Program-made: the position numbers and the translations under genes | Notes under the pieces: generated by a model | What the model saw: only the letters and a program-made list of their open reading frames with translations | Told to the model about the DNA's origin: nothing | Database searches by the model: none | From: Ancylonema sp. | Lineage: Eukaryota | Reading direction: 5' to 3' | NCBI GenBank assembly: GCA_050230475.1 | Contig: JBFLGF010000154.1 | Location: 1-64,000 of the forward strand | DNA length: 64,000 nt | Part shown: positions 37,153 to 57,909 of the stretch, piece by piece | Layout of the letters: the number at the start of each line of letters is the position of its first letter | Position numbering within the stretch: the first letter of the stretch is position 1

Positions 37153-38094
37153 TAGGGTGGTCCCCAACCGCCAGAATCCTACCGCCGCCCCGCCGCCCCA
37201 ACCGCCACAAACCGTCCGACCGCCACCCAACCGCTCAACCTCCACCCAGCCGCCAATCAACCGCCAGCCCGCCATTCAACCGACGGTTGAATAACGGCTG
37301 GACCAGGAGGATTACAACTCGTAAAATATTCACTTTTTAAAATATTTTGCAACGCTTGATATTAGATGTGGGTATGTTCGATCGTACAATTATTTGTTCA
37401 CACACTTGGTTATTCACGATTTTGGAAGGTGTGTTTTTCACATTGAATTTGATAGTATTCATTTCCAACCGGAGGTTAGCATGTGTGCACGCTTTTTTCG
37501 TCTTCTAATATTATGTAAAAGAATTATTTGAAAACTTTGATAATCGTGAAAATAACGCAGGGAACAAAGTTGTATGTGGCTAAAACTTTTGGATCATAAG
37601 TGTTATTCATTACAAGTTAGTGAAAATGTACGTTATAGTTGCAATGTAGGAGAAAGTGTTTGCAGCAAAAGTCGCAAACTCACAGAAGACTACGACATCG
37701 GATCAATTTACAACCATTGAATCTTAATTGGCTAAGCCAAGTTTAGACGAATGGCTATAAATCGCACCGAGGCGTACCTCATCCTTCCACCTGTTCACGA
37801 ATATGTATACCGTACGTCCAACCGCCGTCCAACCGCCGTCCAACTGCCGTCCAACCGCCGTCCAACTGCCGTCCAGCCGCCGTCCAACCGCCACAACCGT
37901 CGTCCAACTGCCAGCCGCCGATTCGGGCGGTGGGCGGTTGGGTAGCGGTTTCGCGGTTGGATGGAGGTCCAGTGAAATGGCGGCCGGCCGACCGCCGGTC
38001 AGCCAACTGCAATTTTAAATTAAATTTTTTGATGGACCTCCATGCAAGTCCACCAGTTGACAGCTGGCGGCTGGCGATTGGGTGCCCACGCTCC
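37153..38094. mobile_element. hAT-like MITE with AACCGCC subterminal repeats, upstream of the LOB gene
   Basis: TAGGGTGGTCCCCAACCGCC left end, degenerate right end. Flanks TTGGTGAG/TAGGTGAG (7/8). Tandem CCGTCCAACCG array at ~37815-37910. Confidence 0.7.
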
Positions 38095-38753
38095 TAGGTG
38101 AGGCTGGGAGACTGCTAAATGGTGGGCCAGCCCCCGTGCCTTTTTCCCCGTCGCTGTCAGCTCGGCTTCCCTCGACGCTTCCGTCTGGTTTTTCTGGTCC
38201 CCGACTCTAAGAGTCAGTTCTCTGACAAGGACACCCTGTCATAACGGAGATTACGAGCCCGATGACGGAAAACACAGTTTCCGTTTCCAACAAACTGAAT
38301 GGCATTGCGTTTGACGCGTGTCAGAGGCGCATGTACCATTCGTGCGACCATGGCTTCAAAGGAGACGGAGACCTTCAACCGAAACATATTTCAGAAGTAG
38401 TTACAATTAGTTACGAGTCTTCTCTTGCGAATTTGTTCGTCTAAGTGTACCGTGGAAGAAACGGGAGATGGCAACCCTGTGGCGGTTCTTCTTCAATTGT
38501 CGCAATGTTGGCATAGGAGTGTCACAAGTACAGGACCTCTCACTAGTTGCAGAAACTTCGTCTTCTCTACGTTATCCTGCTCCAGAGCGCCACTCTGTTA
38601 CAGATCCATGCCGGCGGCTCATATTGTCTGGGGATATAGTTGCCGTACAACGGGTAGTACAGTCACTCCGCCAGAATCTCGACTGTAGAACGATACGCCT
38701 ACGACTCATTGCGCCGTACTTTCCTTCCAATTCCAGTCTGGTTCATGCAGGCG

Positions 38754-39733
38754 ATGGGAGGCTCTGCTTTCTCGCCGACTCATGCCAAAAAAAGGCCTGC
38801 ATGCGCTGCTTGTAAGGAGCAAAAAAAAGCCTGCGGCTCAAACTGCATACTTGCCCCTCAGTTCCCTCCAGAGCAGCACAAGAAGTATAGGCACCTCCAT
38901 GACTTATTTACCATGGGCAAGGTGAATAAACTTCTGGAGCCACACCCCTTTGAGGTGCGGGAGGATATCATCAACAGGTACACTGTAGAACCTGGACGTA
39001 TGGCTACATAAGAACAACAGTATGCTCTGGGTGCGTATCGGGTCCCGTCCCGGGTTACTATAAAGCGCTTCTCTCTGATCTCTAATTGAGCTTCTGAAGT
39101 AGACAAAGGGACGCGTCCAATCTATCATACGAGATGATTTTGAATCTGATGATGAGGATTCTCCAAAGCTCGCAATAACAGACCTGATTACGAAAAGAAC
39201 GGCACATACCACAGGTCCTGACCATGTCCCTACTTGTGGCTGGTGCATTTTGAATGACTGACACAAATGTTTTTACAGGTTCTTGCTCTAAAAAAACATG
39301 ATGTGGATCTCTCATTCCACGCACTCCGATCATGTTGTCTCTATTTTGAAGCAGATCAGTCAAAACAATTGGAAAGCTGATCTGTTGTATTGTAGTTTCA
39401 TTCATGTGCTTCAGCCTGGCCTATGAAGCAGAAGCTCGGGAGAAAGACCCCATCTTCGGGTGTGTTGGCGCCATTTCGGTACTGCAACATGAAAACGGTT
39501 GTCTGCACAAGCAACTCTCCTTCTGGCAACACAAGGCGAACGAGTTGGTCAGCCAGTTGCAAGAGGCGCGGAGTGACTTGATACACGAGCAACAAGATCG
39601 GAGGCAAGATCGAGGTGAAGACAGCGATTTGGAGCTCTTTAAATCCTACCGAGCCACCAGCGGGAGCCCCCAGAAATCGAGTGTAGAGAACTCAAGTGTC
39701 CTTAGTGTGTTGAGTGAGCCAACGTTTTTGTGA
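38754..39733 (+). CDS. LOB-domain (LBD/AS2 family) transcription factor, ~180 aa. Exons 38754-38977 and 39415-39733; extra 5' exons possible
   Basis: C-block CAACKEQKKACGSNCILAPQFP (CX2CX6CX3C), then SLAYEAEAREKDPIFGCVGAISVLQ and a leucine-zipper-like coil. Phase-2 GT-AG intron. Confidence 0.9.
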
Positions 39734-40866
39734 TGTTGATATTTCAATTTGCACAAAATCGAAATCTACAATTTCGAGAATACAAGCAACTAGTTTGGTA
39801 TGGGGTATTCACATTTGATCCGCTTAGGCAAATGTATCAAATACTGGACCTCGTTGTGGCTTCATTGATAGCGTCAAAAAACAATTTTGACGAGATTGAG
39901 ATCAAGATTGTGGCGTATGAGGTTGTCATGATATCGATAGAAGTTTTATCTTGATGTATTCCGAGTTATCGAATCACGTTTCCAATCGGATTTACGGCTG
40001 TGTCTCGCTCACGCAACTAGAGATATATGATCCCTAGAAGCTTGAGCACAATGACCCGGCATTATGAACTTGCGAGCGTGGAGTGCAATTGGGCTTCCTA
40101 CTATCATAACAATCGGCCCTTGAATGAGTGACTTGTGGTGCATGTCCAAGTCTACCCCTCATAAATGTTTATGTCCCTCCCATTCATTCTTTAAACCTCT
40201 TTTACTAGAAGCGGGGTCGCAGACGAGAAAAGACATGTTGTACACATACGGGGAGGAAAAAAACGAGATTCAATTAAACTATCACGACAGTCTCTCTATA
40301 AGGTCCGAGCATGGATCGCCTCATACCGGCCACCCACATCGTTGTTCAAAGTTTTGCCAACTTGTACAGGGGAACCAAGCAATGGTTAAACTTCGGCATA
40401 TTTGATTTCCGGAACGATATAAAAAGGGGTATTATAAATACCTCTCATGATGGTACAATTGCTTTGGATGAGTAAATGGAAAACCTTTCGGCCCGACGCA
40501 ACTGTGGAGGGTTCTTGAAATACAACGAGCAACCATCAAAATGTTCACAAATGACATTAGGGTTACACATGTGTGATCACGAGTTATATGTAGTGTGCAC
40601 AAGAAACAAGTATATGGTTTTGCCGTCTAACCAATCTATCCTACCAATTCGGCCTTACACATCGGATCGTAAATGAAGTGCATGACGTCCTCTTCATATC
40701 ATTATGTGAGCTTTCGTTCTGGAGTATGTGTTCATGTATATGAGCACACAAATATATGTAAATCACTATTTACAGGTAGGCTCATGTCAATTATTTGAAA
40801 GGCGCCAGTTAGAAGTATAGATGCAATGTTATTGACAGATGCAATCCTATGCAGCGTCGTACAGTC

Positions 40867-41116
40867 CATTGTCGGGCGATCCGATCCTATCCGATCCGGC
40901 GCCGATCCGGATCGGAGGGGGCAAATATTAAGTGAAAACCGATGGGAATAAAATTGCACCCATAGTGGCGTAAAACCCCCAAAAACTCATTGTTTTAATA
41001 TTTTATATTTCTTTCTTTTTTCTTGTTACGCCCAATCCGATCGGGATACCTCCGATCCCGCGCCGATCTGGCGCTGATCCGGATTTGGGGATCGGGATAG
41101 ATTGGGCCCAACTATA
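40867..41116. mobile_element. hAT MITE (CATAGTTGGGC family, GATCC subterminal repeats)
   Basis: CATTGTCGGGC...GCCCAACTATA. Flanks GTACAGTC/GTGCAATC (6/8). Related to 63323-63898. Confidence 0.7.
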
Positions 41117-42371
41117 GTGCAATCATATGTTGTGGCAGCGGTGTAAGAAACAAAATCAATGTTGGGATACAAATATGGACAAAACAATATTGAAATGAAG
41201 CACAAGGAGTAACGAAAATTTCAAATGAAAGAGGAGTAAAGAGGAGTGCAAACGTATTCCCCGAGGGACTTAACCACACCAGAGTCTCTCAATCCTTGGC
41301 CCCTACCTTTTTTCTCACTCTTGAACCAAATGGATAACCATTACCGGAATACTTTACACTTATCCCAAGCTTTGCTATCCACTTTGCAATCATCGCGGGG
41401 GTCACCACAGACCACTGACAAGAAGGTGTTTGTGATTTCTCAGGCGAAGACGGGTGCAGAGACGGACACTTCTGGTTTTCTTAAAGCATGCGTACTCAAG
41501 TAGCAAGCGGGTTATTATTGTCTGGGGCGTGGGGCGGTCAAGAAGTGGAATGGAGCCCATCACCAACGTCTAAAATCATTGAAGCCGTATGTATTCGCGA
41601 GAGGCGTTATAGAATCAGGTAGATGCGTATCGAGGTGACAATGGAGTAGACACCGTATTCGGTCTTCTTATTGGGTTTCGTCGCTTGCTCAGAGACCGGT
41701 TCACATTTTTCACCGCTCCCCTTTTCGACTCCAAATTTCTACTCGCAACTCAAACTTCCGGTCCACGTCGCCGTACTTCCATACCCCTCCTAGTACATGT
41801 CAAAATCTCAATTTCAAGCAACGTGCGCATATGATTCCTTATATGTTCATGCTGTCGTGCCACTCCCAACGTTCTCCAAATCATGTCGTATTTACATGCG
41901 TACGTTGCTAATTAGACCCATTTACCCACATTTGCCATCCATTGCCAAGCCTTCTATAATGCCCGCCTCCGTTCCTTGTCAAATTTTACGGTCCTCTTTC
42001 GAAATCAGCCGTATTCAAATATTACGTCCAACGGCCATTGATGCATAAACAACATGTATTCACACGTCAACGTGTTCAAGAAAAAAATTGCATCCTATCT
42101 TTTGGGACTCACCAAGCATTTTGTCCAAAGGGAATCCATGTAGCGTGTCAAGCACTACAAGCTACTCAATAGCCTTATCTAGGTAAAACAAGTAATATTA
42201 TAATATATGGGCGGATCATTTCCCCGACACACTTTCGTACTGCCAAGATCGCATCATTTTGGTACAATCTTGGAACGCACAATAATAAGTTCACCTTTTT
42301 TAAACCTACTCATTTACACCAAGAGGAACAAGATGATACAAAATTTGCGACCTTGGCTCATCCGTCTACCA

Positions 42372-48907
<6,536 letters not shown>

Positions 48908-49633
48908 GACGCGCACGTCCAATCAGGAGGACTCAAGGCAGCCGGGCTGCCTCCACCGGTACCACAGAGTGCACACGGGCATTGCCGTGCGTTGGCGTAA
49001 AATTTGGTTTTTCTTGCCCATCGCAAGGTGAGGCCGATAGGCGAGCGCATGAGCCCATGAAATTTTCGAGGTGTAAAAATTACTGTACCCGGTATGTGAA
49101 CCCTCGTGACAACTTGTGTATTTTACGGGATGTAACGGGACACATGGAAAAGCCGGACCTCCGGATGTGGTATATACCACGTGCCCTGTCCAGGTGGATA
49201 CATGCTGACAAGGAACCAGTCAAAAGCACCGGTCCAAGAGGTAAATACCTGCCACGTAGGAAAGTGTAAAATGCGGGAGTCCGACAAAAAAAATCTCGAA
49301 CTCCGACAGATTTCGACTTGAACCATGAAAAGACTAGCTGACTGCAATAAGTTCGAATAACGTTATCGACAACGATTTACGATTTAATATTGCGGTCTTA
49401 TTCGTCCAGTTTCAAATATTCAGAAAATATCCTTTTGAGACCTGATATATAGTTGGTAAATGAGAACGCAATATTTATTATTGACAGGATCTGCGCATCC
49501 GTCTGGATACGATTCCAATCGCCAGGTCAGAGACTTTTTTTGGCTCGCAGCTTCTCGTTGAATGAAGCTGTATCTGCCATTGACAGAAGGCTTATCCCCA
49601 TACAATTTGGTTGCAGCAAATTAGGAACTAGAC

Positions 49634-52632
49634 ATGGCTTCTGCTCAGCTTGTACGAACCGTTTCTGCTGCGGCTTTGCTGCAGTCAGCCTCCACTTCTG
49701 GTTCCGACTTAAAACTTGGCTGCTCATTTTGCCCCGGAGGAAGAAGAAATACCCGCTTGAATAGAAATGTCCAGTCCACGACCGTGCGATATCGTCCCGT
49801 TTGCGTGTCTGCTTCCGATAACACTGAAACAACAACCAAAGCAGACGTCGACATCCTACCTTCTGGAGAATGGCCAGAAAACTTCTCTATGCTCAACTAT
49901 GAGGACCTTTCTGCGCACTATGCACCTGACATATTCAAGAAAGAGGTGTGCATAGTAACAGAGAAGAATGGTTGCTCCGGGTAGGCGACTGGGTGGAGAA
50001 ACACCAAATCAACATCATTACTGTCATTTATTTATTTATTCCACGTGCACAATTTTTGAATCGCGGGTATTTGTTGCTCTCACAGAAGCCTGTTTGTGCA
50101 CTTGTTGGTGAACAGTATGCATGCAAATTGGTACCTGCATCACCACATTGACTTTCTCCTACAGATGCATCAAGTTTCTGAAGATTTAGAATTGACAGTC
50201 GACACTTCGCCTCCTTTGCAGGCCCAACCTAACACAATGCTAGCTGACATCATGTCCAAGAAAGTGTGGAGTGCATTCACAGACACAACCCTGGAGGAAG
50301 TCAGCCACCATTTTGAGGACGTCACTGGTGTGCCAGTGGTGAACAAAGACTTGGTCTGCGTTGGCGTTCTAAGCAAGAAGGATGTGATGGATTCGGACAG
50401 GGTACGTGATACTGCTGCTGTTGGTGCTTGCTTAATATTTTATGTTTGGTACAAAATCTGTTTTCTACTCTACGTGAAGTTCCTGCCGCTTGCATGACCC
50501 AAAGGTCCTACAGCAGCTCTTAAACGTCCAGCACACACGTGGATATTTTTGCGTCATAAGTGGAGAATCAATATGTTTTGATTACTGCCCGTTGTTCATA
50601 GTTGCTGCAAAACCGAGCGCCCATAGCTTTGTGGCTACAGTCGGCCAAACTTTTTTTGACAGAGTTTTGGCATTCTTACACGTTAGCACAGCTTGGCGTC
50701 AGCTCAGGCTCCGAACTCAATTTCGGAGCCGAGAAGTAGATCTTTGGTAGGCAACGGGGAAGGAGAGAGATTTCTTGTGATAGTCGAGCTGTACATTTTT
50801 TCAGTTTAGTATACTACGTCCTTCGCGTTCTTGCACTGGTACAGCCTCCAACTGCTATACACTCTTCTCAACCAAGATGGTATCATATGCTTGTATCACG
50901 TAATGTCAAACCTGGGGGAGTACTAAACAGCTTTGTATTCTACTGTGTTGTTTACAGAGCACCAAGGTGGGAGATGTCATGTCAACGCCAGCAATTACCA
51001 TCACTGCTGGCGAGACTGTGAAGGGTGAGCATTTTTCAAGATGGTGTAAACAACCTACATTGGAGAAGTATGATTATATCCACTGTGGTTTGTGTGGTTA
51101 TTACTGATATCTGGGGCAACTTCGGAATTATAGCAGCCTACCACTACCACCTCGTCATTCACTCTCTGAGCCTGGGACTGGAGAAGGTGTGGAATAATGT
51201 AGTGAAACCTCTTTATAACGAGGTTTCATCGTTCGTTCTTCAAATAATTGAATGAGCACAATGAGAAGATGACTGCATGTGCTTTCTGGCTCTGCCATCA
51301 TTCAAAGTTCGGGTAGTCAAGATTTGAAAAGGAAAAAAAAAAAAAAAAGGGCGCTGGTAGCACTGACATGTACGTCGCTGGCATACTTTTACTGATTTTT
51401 TAGTACAATGATATAAATCACAACGACGAAGCAGTGGGAAGCTTGGTTGATTGAGTGTTGGTTTAAGGCTGCCTGAGGTACAGCAAGGCAGAGGTAGCAC
51501 AGCTGAGGTAGTACTGCTTCTGTCCGCGGATGGGAGTACAAAAAGCGCTATCAAATTCTGCAGTTCCAGTGATAAATGCGTGAACTTGAGAAGCACATGT
51601 TGACACGTCCATCCCTCCTTGGCCGAGCAGATGCTGCTATCCTGATGTTGAGAGAGAAGGTGCACAGGCTGCCGGTGGTCAACGAGTCACATCAGCTGGT
51701 TGGTAAGTACTGCCATGCCCCAAACGGGTCCAGATAACCGGGTACTCAGTAACCCTCTGCTGCCCAATTTCGGAAGCGAAAATTTTGAGGGCGCCCTGAG
51801 GGGAAAGGCAGTCATGTATAACAATCATAATCTTTAATTATAGGTGACTAGGCGAGGGGTGTCATTAAACAAAAACACACATGCAGTGGGCTCAGCTCCG
51901 GTTTAAAACTGCCTGGTAGGCTTATACAGTATTATGCCGTCCTAGATACCCATGGGGAGGAGGTTGCTGTATGATGTGTATTGTGCGCTAAAAAAAAAAT
52001 CAGGCAGAAGGGACAAACAGAGTGCGGGTAACGGACATGTACAGGAAGGCAATACGGTGGGACTTCAAAGTAGAATGGAAGGTGATTGTATTGGAAGGGA
52101 GAGTATAAACTGCCAGGAACATGCAGGACAGTGCTGGAGACGAAAGGCAGAATCAGGGAATGGAATCAAGGGATGACCATGAAGAATTCAGAGTTCAAGA
52201 ATTTTCAGAATTCAAGAATTCAGTGCCTGCTTTTGGACGACCTCCGACTGTCTTGACTTGAATCGAATCTACTTATCTTAGACTGCCATTCAGAAGAAGG
52301 CATGCTATTCCCATTCACCCAAATGAATGACATGGAGAAAATGAACGATGCGGGGGCATGTGAAATGACTTGTTTGTCAAAGAACGTTGTCAAACCAATT
52401 GGTGTACGCGGACTACAGTCTTCGACCGCCATGTGAATACAAGACCGGAAGGCGAGTAGACTGGTAGCTTGTAAGTGGCATACGTGTTAAATCCATGACT
52501 TCCTCCAAAGTAATCACCACCATCTTCATGCGCCCTCTGCTCTGACGAATTCATGGGTTGTTTGGTTGGACAGGAATCGTGACGAGAACGGACATCTTCA
52601 CAGCGCTCGAGGGTCTTCCTTTGAGGGACTAG
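49634..52632 (+). CDS. Plastid-targeted CBS-domain-pair protein (CBSX-like), ~229 aa. Exons 49634-49945, 50222-50401, 50958-51024, 51631-51702, 52574-52632
   Basis: Transit peptide. CBS1 ADIMSK...VTGVPVVNKDLVCVGVLSKKD. CBS2 VGDVMSTPAITI...KVHRLPVVNESHQLVGIVTRTDIF. Phases consistent. Confidence 0.9.
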
Positions 52633-53267
52633 GGTCGAGTTACTTTGTAGGAAGGAAACGAAACAAGAACCCGGTGGAGGCCTCTCTTGTTGAGTAGAGA
52701 CTAGGCAGTGATAGGGTTGTCATATTGTGAGTCTCGTGAAGTGCCCACGAACACAAAGACGAACACGAAGACGAACACGAACACGTACAGGAACCTCTTC
52801 GCGCTTGTTCATATGAGTCCGAGAGTGGTAGTTGTTGGTTTAGTAGAAGTTGTGATAACGGGGGGTGGCAGATGTGGCAGTTCTTTAGAGGACTTCGAGG
52901 GTGATATCGTGTGGAGTTGGAATGCGTCGACGAATAACGAGTAGGCCTATGTCGGATAAGATGATATATGTGCATATGTGACGTTTTGTACCAAATTATA
53001 AGAGCTCTCCTCATGCTAGATAATCTTGGATACTTTTGATGCGGCCGGTTTAAGTTATGTAGTAAGTTGTCTGCCACACTCACAATCTCTTTCTTGCAAT
53101 TGGACATCAGAATGTGTTTGGCATATCGAAGTATCATGTTGGTTTGAGAGGGTTTTAGAGGAAGCCGATCTTGTTGCATTCACAGAAGTTGTTGACAATG
53201 CATTCACTTCATCGCGAGTTGGTATCATGGGGCATGCCAGCCTACCAGTATTCATATGCTACTTGCA

Positions 53268-53624
53268 ATAGTTCCATCCGGGCATGTCCGGGTTTCTCTT
53301 GACATGTCCGGGGCACGTCCCGGACACAAGCATCCTTGCCAAAAATATGGCCATGAAAACGAATGAGCATAACGCCTAAGCAAGAAATGTCTCTTCGACT
53401 ACTAGTTTATTCACTGTGAAGTCACCAGTGTATGTTAGTAATCAACTCATGACACGGGAACCCCCCTTGTCTCTTTGACATAAACAATAGAATACTAGAC
53501 TACTAGAATGACTAAAAATAAGAATTTTTCATTTCCCTCTCGGCCTCGGACGTGTCCGGGACATGCGGTGTCCGGGCCAAATGCGAGACTTGTCTTATAC
53601 AAAGTTGTTTGGGATCCAACTACA
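53268..53624. mobile_element. Degenerate hAT MITE (GTCCGGG subterminal repeats)
   Basis: ATAGTTCCATCC...GGATCCAACTAC, with TGTCCGGG repeats as in 13617. Confidence 0.5.
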
Positions 53625-53639
53625 ACTTCTTGCGTAGAA

Positions 53640-54205
53640 TAGTAAAACTTGTCTCAATTAATAATGTCGGGACCGGAAAATATTATTACTTAAGACGAGG
53701 TATTACCTAAGACAGTATTGATTCCAAATGTCCTAAATCCAGTTGCTATGTGAATACAATGGGCAACAGGTTATTATCCACGTCGGAATCAACCCAAACG
53801 TGTATTTTCACATAGTCATAATCATAATCATAATGATGTCTCATTCTTGTTTTCTTAATATATAAACTATAGCTAAGTTGTAAAGATAAGCCAACCCTCC
53901 AATAGTGTACCCCGCATTACTCTATAAAATTACCGTCTCTTTATATATTCGTTTTCTAAACATCAAAGTCGCTTTTTCTTTCGGTTTTGCCCCCCCCCTC
54001 CTCCCCCACATATTGAACCCCTTATCCGTACAAATATTTTTTAAGGATACGTACGGATTCCGTAAATTATCAATTAGCACGTCGGCGGGACCGGGGGAAA
54101 ACAGTAGTCATTAAGTTTGAGAGGTTTGTCTATAATTTCACTCTCCCAAGGTATCAATTAATATCAATTAATATCAAAAAATATCAATTAAGACACGATA
54201 CTATT
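53640..54205. mobile_element. pogo/Tigger-like MITE, same family as 7150-7520 and 8830-9180
   Basis: TAGTAAAACTTGTCTCAATT...AATTAAGACACGATACTA, plus shared internal blocks. Confidence 0.65.
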
Positions 54206-54942
54206 TCATACCACTTTACTCAGAAATTTTTTAATGTATGTTGATAATGCATCATATATTTTTTACAGGTCATAAAGTTACATTGGGGTTTGCCATATAT
54301 GGCCTATCTAGGGTTGTGGATATGAAAAAATCTGAATTTAGGCGTCCATACGAGTTTTACAGATTACACATATTTCACGGTTGCCTTCCATATTGAACGT
54401 TATGTATGTCATTACTGATTTATTGTAAATCCCCTAATCGAAGTAAAAATCACGGGACTGGAAGAATGGTGCATTTTAAGTAGGTTGAGGAATAAACGAA
54501 ATATGAAAATGTAATGCACTGAAACTATCTAAAGGAATATTGGGCAAACGAATTATTGTCTTATATAATATGATATTTTCCGCGAAATTTCAGGTTTTCG
54601 CCCAAAATCTAAAGTAGAATTTAATAAAATGTCTAAATTGTTATTATTTTTCGGTCGCGACATTATTAATTTAGAAAAAAAAAAAAACCTTGAAGACTTG
54701 ACGGATTACATATTTTCATTTGTGAGCAAAGTAAAATAATGGTGCTTTGTTTTCGAGAAATAAAAGTTTTAACCAATTTGGTAATCATCTTGATGAAATC
54801 ATCAACAATAACTTTATTCATGGTTCACAGATAAATCATAAATTGATTAATTATATTATAATTCTTATGCTAATAAGATAATTTTTCCTAAACACCGAAA
54901 TTACGACCGTCGCCGGACTGTACTTTCAACGACTTCACAACC

Positions 54943-55215
54943 GGGGGCCATAACAGAATGTCCAAGATTACCGGTGGGCGGTGGTTCGAATCCCGTCTCC
55001 TCCACTTTCCCGCTCACACGGATTTTCCGTGGGGGTTAACAATTTATATGTTGACCGGCCCGCGTTCACATACGCGGTGCACCCTCGGGGAGGGGGTGCC
55101 CGTAGCGCGGAACATCAGCTCCGGTCATTCTGGGGGTGCTGGGGGTTCTCGGGACGCAAACCCCTTGCGGGGGGGATAGTGTCAGGGATCGGCATCTCGG
55201 TATATATTGTATCTG
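54943..55215 (+). other. Possible tRNA-derived SINE-like relic
   Basis: GGGGGCC start, B-box GGTTCGAATCCC, ...CTCCTCCA, then a GC-rich body. D- and anticodon arms do not fold. Confidence 0.3.
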
Positions 55216-57440
55216 TGATGACCAAGTCCCATCTTGGACATTTTGTGCCTTTTATGGCCCGGTTGTGAAGTTTGAAAGTACAGACCGGCGACGGTCGTAA
55301 TATAAGTTTTTTTTTTTTTGTTTTTTTTAATTTTGAATATAATCATATTTTTAAATCATGTTATTGTTGCGTGTATTCGTCAACTCTGTTGGCGTGTCAG
55401 CATGGAACCTCGCTGAACTCAGCTCATCCTAAGATTCCCCCCCACCCCCCCTACCCTCTTTCCACTTTTTGTGGCCAAATTCCTATTCCTCCTTTTTTTG
55501 GACTGCTTGTAGTGCTTGCAGCACCCCCCTCTCCACGACGATGGTGGATATTTGTTGAATTCTCTTGTGCAGAATATCCAATTTCTCCGTTCCCTCACCC
55601 CTCAATGTTGCCTCCTCCCCTGTGACATATTCTCCCCACCCCCTAAGGCACAATGTCATCTAAGGTGGAATCACATCTGGCGGGCGGTTTGGAGTCGGTT
55701 GCTCTTCAGGGTAGTTGGTAGTGTAAAGTTGTTTGTTTATTGTTCTAGATGTAGTCTTCTTATTGTAAATATTTTTCTCATACTTGCTCTCGGATGTTTG
55801 CTTCTCTCTTGTAGATGATTGAGTGCACTGTTGATACTGGTTGTTGTAATAATGACGTGCTTTGCTGTTCTCACTAAGTTGGCTTGCAATTTTGGTCCGT
55901 GCTAAGATCTAGAAGTGATTCTTCATCTATCAGGCTTTCGTAGCGTGCGTGTATAAAACACTAATTTACACCGAGGGCGAGTCGACAAATGTTATCGGTT
56001 TCAAAATTCAATGAATTACTCGATGGTAAATCAAAGCGATTTTTGTGCAGAATGCTAGGGTCGAAAGCCGTAAGGCAAACTTTCGGGTGGAAAGTTAGAT
56101 TGTCAAACGGTGTGGTTGACAGGCTATTGTATGGATATTGTGTTGGTTCACTAAGAACGTCGGCAATTGGTTCCGCGTTGTTTTTTATTGGCTAGGTATG
56201 AACGTGAGCAAATCGATAATACTTGACAAAGCACAACTGGCCCAGTAAGAGCGGCAGCGAGTCGATGTATTTATAAAGCTGGCTCGTTGAGAGCGTCAAC
56301 AACAAGATGCGATGTATTACGACAATAAAAAATCATGCGCTCAGTGAGAGCGTCACTGAAAGATGATAATCAAAAACCGAAAATTTGCGAATGAAAATTC
56401 GGTCATCTTACTGGTTTCGTCGACGCCAGTCGAGCGAGCAATCGTAATCACACAAAGGTATCAGCAAGTACTGGTTTCAGCAAGGAGTTGCGAAGTAACA
56501 GAGATTACACTTGAGATTTTTTTGATGTTTTGAAAAGTGTCTTGCCGGCGCAATCCGATAGCGGAAGTTGACATATATTTTACAATTGAAAGTTCTTATG
56601 TGCGTCATGCTAATCGGCAGACTAACTAGAGGGAACTTCGACAGGGTTTGTGACAGGATGGACTCTAGAATGTTCAAGTCAATTCTATCATATCAATGAA
56701 ATCATCAAGATGATACACGGCTGGATTCATTAGCCGGGATGATATCGACATGTCAGAAAAATCATAATTGAAAAAATAATACGCCCTAAGCGTTGAAAAA
56801 TCGACACGCAGCCCAAGTTGTTACAAGTGTTGAATTCTGAACTCGTAAAATACGCCACGCGTTATTTTCGAGTTTACAAAGTTTTCCGGAAATTGCTAAG
56901 TATCAATTTTTTCAAACTTTCAACTTTCAAACTCACTCTTCTTGCAACATCGGGTTGTCGCTACAAAGCGCTATATCGAAGTGGGTGGTTATAACGGGGT
57001 ATTTTGGAAGAGGGGTCTGATATGAAGGGGTTTCTAATAGAGGGGTTTCTAATTAGGGATCTCTAGCGGTATGACACCTGACGTGCGGTTTGGAGTCCCT
57101 TGCACTTCACGGTAGTTCGTAGTTTAAAGATAGTTGGGTGTTGTAGACGTAGTCCGGGACCGTACGGCGCACACGTGCCGCACGTGCGATCTGAATTAGT
57201 GCCGAGCAAGGGAGAAGAGCATAGTTGAGCGTGCATACGTGCGCGTACGCGTGCGGCGTCGGCACGTTTCATAAAAACCCGACGTGATTTTTTTGTCCGC
57301 CTACAAATGCGTACCGTCTGCAAGATTTGCACCTCCATGTGGCATGCTAATCATCCAACGATGGAGAAGGGCCATGCTTGGGTGTTGACGCCACTTCCGT
57401 TCAAACTCAACGTTGTCTCACACCCAATATAGGTCCTTAA

Positions 57441-57909
57441 GGGCATCCGTTATTGCTATCAATGTTGATGTCACTTCGATTAGTGTCAGGCTCTAGGCCT
57501 CATTTCGGCAAGCGCTACCGTTTTTCAATACTAATGCCACCGGCAAATAAATTGTCATCGAGACTTCCGCTACATGACAATGTCGATTCCCGTGACAATA
57601 TCGGGGCCCAAATTGTCAGGCAAATCGACATAGGCAAAAATATTGTCCGCCGGTCATATACTATCAAGCACTCGCTTCGATTGTTGTCGTTTAACCCTTC
57701 GGCCCCGAGGGGTCGCGCTTAGTCATAATCTTGTTCCTTGGCCCTCCGCTATTCGTTGGCATTTAGAATGTTGAGACCACGATGGAGCTTGCCAAATGCT
57801 AGCGGGACAATACAAATTTGTAGCACGCGTTACATATTGACACCATGCGTAGACTTTGGCGGATAACCTCCCGAATCCGCATTTGCATCGGCAGCGGTAG
57901 CGGATGCCC
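57441..57909. mobile_element. PIF/Harbinger (Tourist-like) MITE
   Basis: TAA|GGGCATCCGTTATTGCT...AGCGGTAGCGGATGCCC|TAA: TIRs plus a 3-bp TAA TSD. Confidence 0.8.

Noticed and set aside
38262..38815. ORFs upstream of and overlapping the LOB exon
   Set aside because: No recognisable motifs. They may be UTR or extra exons, but this cannot be supported from sequence alone.
54943..55004. Functional tRNA gene
   Set aside because: Only the B-box and ends resemble tRNA. A cloverleaf cannot be formed.
55900..57400. Possible degenerate coding or Helitron sequence
   Set aside because: No recognisable protein motif or diagnostic termini. Only an orphan CATAGTTG end at 57219.
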